Shown here: positions 1 to 7,941 of the stretch, piece by piece
Layout of the letters: every line of letters starts with the position of its first letter
Numbering within the stretch: position 1 is the stretch's first letter
The notes under the pieces: generated by a model
What the model was told of the DNA's origin: nothing
Database searches by the model: none
Seen by the model: the letters and a program-made list of their open reading frames with translations, nothing else
Assembly (NCBI GenBank): GCA_965242865.1
Contig: CBDETK010000013.1
Location: forward strand, 1,728,001 to 1,792,000
DNA length: 64,000 bases
Direction: 5' to 3'
Origin: Candidatus Latescibacterota bacterium
Lineage (GTDB): Bacteria > Latescibacterota > UBA2968 > UBA8231
Position numbers and translations under genes: made by a program

Positions 1-663
1 GTCGCGTATCGCAAGATGGGGGCGATGCTCGCGCAAGCCCCCTTGCATCAGTACAATGGGCACAACGCGCGCTATCTAGCGCAACTGGCGGCCATGGAGG
101 GCCAGCGGCTGTCGCCCGGGGAACGGCGCGGCATTGAACAGTGGAGGCAGCAGGGGCAGCAGGGGCCGTTGGTGTTGGCAGTGGCGGATCGGCTGTTCAC
201 CGAGCGAGATTTTGCGCAGGCGCAGCGTTACTATGCGGCGGCGCGGCGCGAGGTGCCGTTTACGCGGCGCGGGTTGTGGGCGGCAGTGCAGTGGGCGTGG
301 TGCATCGAGATGCAGGGACGGGCACTGACCGACGAGCAGCGGGCCGAGGTGCGGACCGCGCTCGAACAGGCGGAGTTTCTCGCGCACGATCCGGCCGTGG
401 GCGTGCCTTTCGTCGATTTTGTCAAGGGCCAGCTCTACCACCTGCTCGCCGAGCGCGGCCCGGCCTTGAAGCATCTGGAGTGCGCCTTTTTGGCCGAGGA
501 TTTTCGCCGCGGCTATGCCTTGAGTTTGTTTCAGGCGTTGGCGGTCGAATTGGTTTGGGCCGGGCGGGTGGAGGAGGCGCGGGAATACGCTCGCTTATTG
601 GGGGATGAGGTTGGAGAGGAAGCGCGTTTTTTGCGGATGGTCGAAGCACAACGAGTGCCGTAG
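1..663 (+). CDS. C-terminal part of a TPR-like helical repeat protein (5' end outside window)
   Basis: Frame is open from the window edge to TAG at 661-663; TPR-like helices (ADRLFTERDFAQAQRYYAAA; FVKGQLYHLLAERGPALKHLECAF). Confidence 0.55.
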   Translation, partial: VAYRKMGAMLAQAPLHQYNGHNARYLAQLAAMEGQRLSPGERRGIEQWRQQGQQGPLVLAVADRLFTERDFAQAQRYYAAARREVPFTRRGLWAAVQWAWCIEMQGRALTDEQRAEVRTALEQAEFLAHDPAVGVPFVDFVKGQLYHLLAERGPALKHLECAFLAEDFRRGYALSLFQALAVELVWAGRVEEAREYARLLGDEVGEEARFLRMVEAQRVP

Positions 664-840
664 AGGGCCAAGCGTGGACAGCCGCGTAGAGCGTCCATTT
701 CGGAATCGCAAATCAACCCGCTAGAAATGGCCCTTGGCCGCATCGTTGGTCGGCAGATTAGGGGCCGCGTGAATACATTGACCCCTTAGTACGCGCCCCT
801 TCCGTTGAGTCCGCCTTTTCTGGTGTTGCCGCTGCGTCCG

Positions 841-865
841 GGATCGAGGGCAGGACGCCCTCGAC
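841..865. repeat. REP-like palindrome, GATCGAGGGC-N-GCCCTCG family
   Basis: ggatcgagggcaggacgccctcgac hairpin; related copies at 1406, 10291, 16546, 58907. Confidence 0.75.
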
Positions 866-1183
866 AGCGGAACGTGGTAGTGGATGGCCGGCTTAATCGG
901 GCCGGCCGTATTGAAGAAACGCCTGGTTATGGGGTCGTGCCCCTTGCGTGAGGGCTTTCTTTAGAAGTTATTTAGATAGATGCTTACAATGAACCTAAAT
1001 CAGGGCCGTACCATAACGCAGCGTCCGGTTATTTCGTGGTGGCCTTGTAAACCGCATTTTGGCGGCCAATTTGGCGTCGCCGGTTGGCGAATGAACGAGA
1101 CCATGGTTAAGCATTTCGCATCAGACCGGGGCTTTGCTGTGGGGGCTGGGCCTCGTTGGGTGCTTAGATTCACTGCCAATTTA

Positions 1184-1246
1184 ATGTGTCGTAAGTCCTT
1201 GAAAAACAACAACTTACCCCCCCCCCCCCCGAAAATTCTCCGCTAG
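1184..1246 (+). promoter_or_regulatory. Short leader ORF (MCRKSLKNNNLPPPPPKILR) with a C14 homopolymer; candidate slipped-strand switch
   Basis: ATG at 1184, GTAAGT...ACTTAC palindrome 1191-1217, C14 at 1217-1230, TAG at 1244-1246. Confidence 0.45.
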
Positions 1247-1405
1247 CACCAAGCCTAAACTCTCTACTTCTCAGCATCGGCCGACGGATTGTGCGCGGCT
1301 GTTGGGCGTCGCGTCGGTCTGGTCGCACGGCCCCAAGCGCACACTTCCGTGCGGCCTTTATGCTGATCCACGTTTACTGCACCACCCCCGCAACCTGTCT
1401 GCCAA

Positions 1406-1430
1406 GGACCGAGGGCGGAATCCCCTCGAC
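1406..1430. repeat. Degenerate REP-like palindrome
   Basis: ggaccgagggcggaatcccctcgac resembles the 841 and 58907 copies. Confidence 0.55.
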
Positions 1431-1570
1431 TCAGACGCCGCACACCAGCAAAGGCGCACCCACAGCAAGGGGCGCGTCCTGAGCGTTCCAAGTATAGCCC
1501 TAGGGCTAGCCTCGCCTCTTTCGGTGCGTCATTCCCTTTCTTCTAAATCTCACATACAAAGGAGCAAAAA

Positions 1571-2257
1571 ATGTCCTTGTTGAAATCTCTCAAAACCCTG
1601 TTTGGGTTCGTCCTTTTGGGCTTGGTCGGTACTTGGTGGATTGGCTGCTCAGACTCCGCGCCGGTCGCTTCTCGGCCGGCGGGCAAAGCCACCTGTTCCT
1701 TGTGCGAATTCTTGGGCGACGACACCTACACCGCGGCCGACGGACAGGCCGCTCCCGAAAGCCCCGACACGACCCAGACCGACGCCGAGACTGACGCCGA
1801 TAGCACCCAGACCGCTGCCGAGACCGACGCCGATGGCACCCAGACCGACGCCAACGCCCACGCCTACCGCGCCCACGCCCTAAGACGGGCCGGCCTATCC
1901 ACCAAGCAGATAGCCGCCGCGCTTGGGCGTTCCGAACGGTCCATACGCGCCTACCTCGCTACCCCGTTCAGCACCGTACAAGCCACGCGCCAACGCATCG
2001 TCCGCCCACGCCCACGCCCCACGCTATACCCGCCAGCCGCCGCGGCAATTTGCTATCTGTTAATACCGCCCACCAAAGAACGTTCTGAGAAGAAAACAGA
2101 ACCAACAGATAGCAAATTGCCGCCCCCCGAAGAAATTGACGTGCTGGCCGAACTCAAAACGCATTGGGCCGCCCAAGACCGCCAAAAAAGCCACCATGCG
2201 CCGAGTCGAGCACCCGATAAAGCCACGCCAGAGACCAAAATCGTTTATGCGCCTTGA
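1571..2257 (+). CDS. Chimeric ORF: lipoprotein leader (lipobox, PAGKA motif, D/T-rich linker) fused to a helix-turn-helix segment; probably a disrupted lipoprotein gene
   Basis: RBS AAGGAG; signal peptide ending WIGC; CSLC motif; DxTQT repeats; abrupt switch at about 1855 to AHALRRAGLSTKQIAAALGRSERSIRAYL (HTH). Confidence 0.55.
   Translation: MSLLKSLKTLFGFVLLGLVGTWWIGCSDSAPVASRPAGKATCSLCEFLGDDTYTAADGQAAPESPDTTQTDAETDADSTQTAAETDADGTQTDANAHAYRAHALRRAGLSTKQIAAALGRSERSIRAYLATPFSTVQATRQRIVRPRPRPTLYPPAAAAICYLLIPPTKERSEKKTEPTDSKLPPPEEIDVLAELKTHWAAQDRQKSHHAPSRAPDKATPETKIVYAP
2042..2123. repeat. Perfect 20-bp inverted repeat GCGGCAATTTGCTATCTGTT
   Basis: 2042-2061 and 2104-2123 are exact reverse complements; the core recurs at 4951 and 4985. 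Confidence 0.9.
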
Positions 2258-2288
2258 CCCGTAAGCGATTTTAACGCCCCCAGCACCC

Positions 2289-2328
2289 AAAAAAAAGGGC
2301 GACACCCGAACCGAATCGAGTGCCGCCC
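2289..2328 (-). terminator. Rho-independent terminator of the ankyrin gene
   Basis: Minus strand GGGCGGCACTCG-loop-CGGGTGTCGCCC followed by T8, just past the stop at 2356. Confidence 0.8.
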
Positions 2329-2355
2329 AACCTGATGTAAGACGAAAGGGACGCG

Positions 2356-4599
2356 CTAGCCACCCACCGAATTGAGATACGTCACTACGGCGGTATGGCC
2401 GTTGCGGCTGGCTAAGCCTTTAGCGGTATAGCCGTAGTCGGTCCTCGCCGTTAGGCTAGCTCCTTGCCCTACCAGATACTTGACCACCTCCAAACGACCA
2501 TCCCCCGCCGCCCGGTGAAGGGCGGTCCAGCCGGTGTTGCTCGCCGCCGTAACGCTGGCCCCTTGCCCCACTAAATACTGGACCACCTCCAAACGACCAC
2601 CCCCCGCCGCCGGGTGAAGGGCGGTATTGCCGTCGTTGGCTGTCGCCGTAACGCTGGCCCCTTGCCCCACTAAATACTTGACCACCTCCAAAGACTCCAA
2701 AGAACCACCCCTCCCCGCCGCAAAGTAAAGGGCGGTATAGCCGCCGCTGTTCCTCGCCGTAACGCTGGCTCCTTGCCCCACTAAATACTTGACCACCTCC
2801 AAAGAACCAGTCCGCGCCGTCGCGTGGTGAAGGGCGGTCCAGCCGGTGTTGTTCGCCGCCGTAACGCTGGCCCCTTGCCCTACCAAATACTGGACCACCT
2901 CCAAAGAACCAGTCGCATAGTGAAGGGCGGTATCGCCGCCGCTGTCTGTCGCCGTTAGGCTGGCCCCTTGCCCTACCAAATACTGGACCACCTCCAAAGA
3001 ACCAGTCCGCGCCGTCGCGTGGTGAAGGGCGGTCCAGCCGTTGTTGGCTGTCGCCGTAACGCTGGCCCCTTGCCCCACTAAATACTTAACCACCTCCAAA
3101 GAACCACCCCCCGCCGCAAAGTGAAGGGCGGTATCGCCGCGGTTGTCTGTCGCCGTTAGGCTGGCCCCTTGCCCTACCAAATACTGGACCACCTCCAAAG
3201 AACCACCCCCCGCCGCACCGTGAAGGGCGGTCTCTTTTGAGCCGCCATCCGGTAGACCCGGTTGATGATACGTCGTGTCAATCGCCACGCCCGCCACGAC
3301 ATATAACTGGACGACCTCCAAATTGCCCGCCGCCGCCGAATCAACAAACGCCTCCGCCGTATAAGCGCTCCCGCGCCGTGTCAGTTCCGCCTGCGCCTGT
3401 CCTTCAATGTAGGTCACTACGCTAGTGTGCCCTTCATCTTGGGCTAACGTTCTAACCGTCCCTACGGGCGTATAAGCGAGGATGTTCGCCCCTTGCCCTA
3501 CCAGATACTTAACGACCGCCAAATGACCACCCGCCGACGCGTCGTGAAGGGCGGTACGGCTTTGGCTGTCTGTCGCTGTTAGGCTGGCCCCTTGCTCCAC
3601 TAAATACTGGACCACCGCCAAATGACCACCCGCCGACGCGTCGTGAAGGACGGTCTCGCTTTGGCTGTCTGTCGCTGTTAGGCTGGCCCCTTGCCCTACC
3701 AGATACTGGACCACCTCCAAATGACCACCCGTCGCCGCGTCGTGAAGGGCGGTATCGCCGCCGTCGCTGTCTGTCGCCGTTAGGCTGGCCCCCCCTTGCT
3801 CCACTAAATACTGGACCACCTCCAAGTGACCACCCGCCGACGCGTCGTGAAGGGCGGTATTGCCGTCACTCAGTTGATAATCCGTCGTGTCAATCGCCAC
3901 GCCCGCCACGACATATAACTGGACGACCTCCAAATTGCCCGCCGCCGCCGAATCAACAAACGCCTCCTCCGTATAAGCGATCCCGCGCCGTGTCAGTTCC
4001 GCCTGCCCCGTTCCTTCAATGTAGGTCACTACGCTGGTGTGCCCTTCATCTTGGGCTAACGATCGAACCGTCCCTGTGGACGTATAAGCGAGGATGTTCG
4101 CCTCTTGCCCTACCAAATACTGGACCACCTCCAAATGACCGTTCCACGACGCCCAGAGTAAGGGCGTTTCGCCGCTCCGGCCCGTCGCGTCCACCGTGGC
4201 CCCTTGCCCTACCAGATACTGGACCACCTCCAAACGCCCATAGGTCGCCGCATAGTGCAACGCCGTGAAATCATCCTCCGGGTTTTTCGTTTCAAGGTCC
4301 ATCCCCGCAGCAACGAATAGCCTGACGGCCTCCAGATTGCCCGTTTGCGCGTACAACAGAAACGCCCACTCCGCATAAGGCATTTCGCGCCGGGCAATTT
4401 CTGCCCGCGCTTGGGCGGCCGTCATACTGCTGATGGTGTCCGGGGTGGCCGTGACCGTGGCTTCGGTCTGGGTGGTGTCGGGGCCGGTCGTGGCCGCGGC
4501 GTACTTGGCCGCGGGTTCGGCCGCCATGGGGTTGTCTCTCTTGCTGCAACCGACTACGACCGCCACCGCCAGACACGCGAATACTCCTAACCGCTTCAT
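2356..4599 (-). CDS. Ankyrin-repeat lipoprotein (roughly 19-20 ANK repeats in three modules)
   Basis: Repeats of TALHxAAxGGxLEVVxYLVGQGASLTA; start moved to MKRLGVFACLAVAVVVGC (lipobox) with RBS AGGAGA. Confidence 0.93.
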   Translation of the reverse strand: MKRLGVFACLAVAVVVGCSKRDNPMAAEPAAKYAAATTGPDTTQTEATVTATPDTISSMTAAQARAEIARREMPYAEWAFLLYAQTGNLEAVRLFVAAGMDLETKNPEDDFTALHYAATYGRLEVVQYLVGQGATVDATGRSGETPLLWASWNGHLEVVQYLVGQEANILAYTSTGTVRSLAQDEGHTSVVTYIEGTGQAELTRRGIAYTEEAFVDSAAAGNLEVVQLYVVAGVAIDTTDYQLSDGNTALHDASAGGHLEVVQYLVEQGGASLTATDSDGGDTALHDAATGGHLEVVQYLVGQGASLTATDSQSETVLHDASAGGHLAVVQYLVEQGASLTATDSQSRTALHDASAGGHLAVVKYLVGQGANILAYTPVGTVRTLAQDEGHTSVVTYIEGQAQAELTRRGSAYTAEAFVDSAAAGNLEVVQLYVVAGVAIDTTYHQPGLPDGGSKETALHGAAGGGSLEVVQYLVGQGASLTATDNRGDTALHFAAGGGSLEVVKYLVGQGASVTATANNGWTALHHATARTGSLEVVQYLVGQGASLTATDSGGDTALHYATGSLEVVQYLVGQGASVTAANNTGWTALHHATARTGSLEVVKYLVGQGASVTARNSGGYTALYFAAGRGGSLESLEVVKYLVGQGASVTATANDGNTALHPAAGGGRLEVVQYLVGQGASVTAASNTGWTALHRAAGDGRLEVVKYLVGQGASLTARTDYGYTAKGLASRNGHTAVVTYLNSVGG

Positions 4600-4656
4600 A
4601 AGAATCTCCTTGAGAGATAGATGGATGAGTTGAATGAGTATAAAAAAATGCCCAAT

Positions 4657-5200
4657 CCGTGCAACGGCGGCCCAAGCGCCGCGCTTGACCGCTCGCGGCA
4701 TGTAGCCGCCCCTAGCCGCTCGCTGGCCGTCGATTGCGAGCACCTAGCCGCCCCTTGCCGCGCTTGGGCCGCCGTTGCACGGCCCATAGGTCAAGGGAAC
4801 CCTGTACCAAATGGGCCTTTATGGGCCTGGACCGCTCGGTCAAGTGACGACTTTTTGCACAAAAACGCCCACTTCGGCAGCCGATACCGCGGTCACGATC
4901 ACCGCGGCAATCGACACCGTGGCCGCGGTCACCGGCGGCAACGACCGCGCAATTTGCTATCTGTTCAAGCCGCCCAAGCGCGGAAATTTGCTATCTGTTC
5001 AAGCCGCCCCCCCCCAATCCGTTATGTAGAACTCTGCACTATGTCGCGCGGTTGGCACGGCTAGGGCCTCGATTGGTACAGGGTTCCCACGCCCCCCCGT
5101 AGCCGCTCGCTGGCCGTCGATTGCCATGCCGCACCTAGCCGCGCTTGGGCCGCTCGCTGCATCTAGCCGCGCTTGGGCCGCTGCGAGCACGTGGCCGCTC
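4657..5200. repeat. Dense cluster of inverted and direct repeats upstream of the ankyrin gene
   Basis: 23-bp IR 4657-4679/4760-4782; 16-bp IR GGGAACCCTGTACCAA 4795-4810/5073-5088; 25-bp DR AATTTGCTATCTGTTCAAGCCGCCC 4951-4975/4985-5009; DR AGCCGCTCGCTGGCCGTCGATTGC at about 4714 and 5101; CTAGCCGCGCTTGGGCCGCT twice near 5136-5183. Confidence 0.85.
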
Positions 5201-5201
5201 T

Positions 5202-6086
5202 TGGCACTTTGTGGACTTCAGCCATGGCGTCGGAAGCGCGATCACCAATGAATCGGTCTATGGCGAAGAGGGGGCTGAGGAGAAAAGAGAGGAGTACAAA
5301 CTCGACGATTCGAGCGTCCTCGCGATCAAGGGCTTGGGACAGTTCCGCGAGTTCCAAGTCGTCTCAGAGTTCCGCAGCCTGATCGAGAACTGGCACGTTT
5401 CGGACTTCCACATTGCCGACGCCCGACCAAGCAGCGAGGCGGGCTACGCCGAGCATCTGTCTAACCGCGGCGATAACGTCGCTCAAGTTGCCCAGTACCT
5501 CTACGAGAATCACCGCGAGCACTTCGACCAAGTGCTGAAGGCTATGAGCCAGCGCGTCCCGGGTGTGAGCGACGTTGAAGCCAAGCCGACTGAAGATGGG
5601 CGTCTCGTCCTGCGCTTTCAGGATGGCAGTTTCAAAGACCCATTCATTGCCCGCTACGTCTCCGATGGCACCATCAAGATGTTCGCCTACCTCGTCTTGT
5701 TGTATGACCCGAACCCCCATCCGTTGCTGGCGGTTGAAGAACCCGAAAACCAACTCTATCCCGAATTGCTAGTAGAGTTAGCTGAGGAGTTTCGGGACTA
5801 CGCCCGGCGCGGCGGCCAAGTGTTCGTTTCGACCCACTCTCCCGACTTCCTGAACGGAGCAAAAATCGACGAGGTCTTCTGGCTAGCCAAGAAAAACGGC
5901 TTCACTATCGTCCGCCGAGCGTCTAACAGCGAACTGTTGCGCGGCCTTGTCGCAGAAGGAGACTTGCCCGGTGCCCTTTGGAAGCAAAGGCTTTTCGAGG
6001 GGGCTGGGGTATGCGGGGTTTTTCTGTCGTTTGTGCTCAACTGGGTTTGGTTTAAGGGCGCGGGGCATCCGATTCTGCACGGGTGA
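5202..6086 (+). pseudogene. 5'-truncated AAA_21/AbiEii-like ABC ATPase
   Basis: Signature SDGTIK, Walker B/D-loop LLAVEEPENQLYP and H-loop VSTHSP are present. Walker A is absent, and the annotated N-terminus derives from the repeat cluster. Confidence 0.8.
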
Positions 6087-6144
6087 TCCGATTGCCGTAT
6101 ATTGAGGGGGCAGCGCAACCCACTCCGAGGAAAGGCCCCCGCCG

Positions 6145-6918
6145 ATGAGCACTTCCCACCCCTTGCACCTCGCCGCGGCAGATGTGCAGTTCTACCGCGA
6201 TCACGGTTATTTCGTCTATCAACATCCGCTCTTTCCGGCTGAAAAGTTCCAGCGTTTGCAGGCCTTCTTCGCCGGCTTGTTGGCCGATTTGCCGGCCGGC
6301 AAGCGGCCCGAGGCCATGGATGTGCCGCACTTTGCCCATCCCGCGCTTTTCGAGTGGCTCTTCGCCGACGAGGTGCTCGATTTTGTCGAGGCGTTTATCG
6401 GCCCGGACATCGTCTTGTGGGCGAGCCACTTTATCAGCAAGCCGCCCGGCGACGGCCAGCGCGTGCCTTGGCACGAGGACTCGGCGTATTGGAACGAGCG
6501 GCTCAGCGAGCACGAGGTGCTAACCGTGTGGCTGGCCATCGACGACTCAACACGCGAAAACGGCTGTATGCGGGTGGTGGCCGATTCCCACCAACACGGC
6601 TTTTCAGACTACGTAGAAGTGGATCACAACACCCACGTCTTCGGGCGCGAGATCGTGGCCGAGCAGGTCGATCAGTCGCGGGTCGTCGATTTGGAACTTT
6701 GCGCCGGCCAGTGCCACATCCACCACGCCAAGATCATCCACGGCTCCAACCCCAACACCAGTGCCAAGCGGCGCTGCGGCTACACCATGCGCTACATGCC
6801 GGCCACAGTGAAGATGCGCCCCACCTCGTCCCATGCCGTGTACTTGGCGCGGGGCCGAGACCGGGCCGGCAACGAATACGCGGATCCGTCAAAGCCGTTT
6901 GCCCCGGGCGTTCGCTAG
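6145..6918 (+). CDS. Phytanoyl-CoA dioxygenase (PhyH) family Fe(II)/2-oxoglutarate oxygenase
   Basis: PWHEDSAYW (HxD), TVWLAIDD..ENGCM, HGSNPNTS..RR motifs. Confidence 0.9.
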   Translation: MSTSHPLHLAAADVQFYRDHGYFVYQHPLFPAEKFQRLQAFFAGLLADLPAGKRPEAMDVPHFAHPALFEWLFADEVLDFVEAFIGPDIVLWASHFISKPPGDGQRVPWHEDSAYWNERLSEHEVLTVWLAIDDSTRENGCMRVVADSHQHGFSDYVEVDHNTHVFGREIVAEQVDQSRVVDLELCAGQCHIHHAKIIHGSNPNTSAKRRCGYTMRYMPATVKMRPTSSHAVYLARGRDRAGNEYADPSKPFAPGVR

Positions 6919-6936
6919 GGGGAGGTCACTTGAGAT

Positions 6937-7935
6937 ATGGAACTATTTCACAAAACCGATTTAGGGGAAATCTACTGGGGCGACGCGCTCGATCTCATGG
7001 TAGATATGAGGGATAAAAGCGTCAATCTGATCATGACGTCACCGCCATTTGGGTTGATTCGCAAAAAGGACTACGGCAATGTCGATGCGGATCAATACCT
7101 CGATTGGTTCCGGCCATTTGCCAAAGAATTTATACGCATCCTCAAGGACAATGGTTCGCTGGTCATTGACATTGGTGGTGCTTGGATGCCCGGGCAGCCA
7201 ACTCGCTCGCTTTATCACTATGAGCTTTTGATTATGCTTTGCAGGGAGTTCGATTTTCATCTGGCGCAAGAATTCTTCTGGTGGAATCCATCCAAATTGC
7301 CCACGCCAGCAGAGTGGGTGAATGTGCGGCGCATTCGGGTTAAAGACGCGATCAATTGCGTTTGGTGGCTGTCGCCGACCCCTTGGCCAAAAGCTAGCAA
7401 TCGCCGGGTTTTGATTCCCTATAGCAATTCAATGAAAGGATTGCTCAAGGGTGGATACCGAGCCAAGCTGAGGCCGAGTGGACACGATATTAGTGAAAAA
7501 TTTAACATTGACAATGGTGCTTCTATTCCGCCCAATCTCATCGCAATTCCCAATACAGAGAGCAATTCCAATTACTTGCGACTTTGCAAGGAGCACGGTA
7601 TAAAACCGCATCCCGCTCGCTTCCCCGCGGAACTGCCCGAGTACTTTGTTCGGATGCTCACCGACGAGGGAGATTTGGTGTTCGATCCTTTAGCAGGCTC
7701 TTGTGTAACGGGCGAGGTTGCCGAGCGCTTGAAACGCAAATGGCTCTGCTGTGATCTCGTCCAAGAATACCTCAAAGGCAGTCTTTTTAGGTTTGAGACC
7801 AAACAGAGAGCAAAAAAGAAAGTGCCTTCTTATGGCCTTTGTCACCCGGCGGCGATGTGGAACGGAACGGATAGCGAGGAGACCCTGGCGGACGACGGGG
7901 GCAAGAAAAGACCTAAAAACAAAACGAGGACCTAG
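6937..7935 (+). CDS. Site-specific DNA methyltransferase, beta class N4-C/N6-A (PvuII-like)
   Basis: Motif IV TSPPF precedes HPARFP and motif I DPLAGSCVTG; lower GC than the flanks. Confidence 0.92.
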   Translation: MELFHKTDLGEIYWGDALDLMVDMRDKSVNLIMTSPPFGLIRKKDYGNVDADQYLDWFRPFAKEFIRILKDNGSLVIDIGGAWMPGQPTRSLYHYELLIMLCREFDFHLAQEFFWWNPSKLPTPAEWVNVRRIRVKDAINCVWWLSPTPWPKASNRRVLIPYSNSMKGLLKGGYRAKLRPSGHDISEKFNIDNGASIPPNLIAIPNTESNSNYLRLCKEHGIKPHPARFPAELPEYFVRMLTDEGDLVFDPLAGSCVTGEVAERLKRKWLCCDLVQEYLKGSLFRFETKQRAKKKVPSYGLCHPAAMWNGTDSEETLADDGGKKRPKNKTRT

Positions 7936-7941
7936 CAAACG

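Noticed and set aside
664-1180. Possible ncRNA or tRNA in the long intergenic region
   Set aside because: Several hairpins but no recognisable tRNA or Rfam-like motif by eye; an Infernal/Rfam scan would be needed.
2330-2356. c-di-GMP riboswitch-like GAAAGGGACGC
   Set aside because: Only a short match, the GCAAA/P2 elements are missing, and it lies at a gene 3' end.
5015-5050. dif/Xer-like site (TTATGTAGAA)
   Set aside because: Only one arm resembles the consensus; no properly spaced partner arm.
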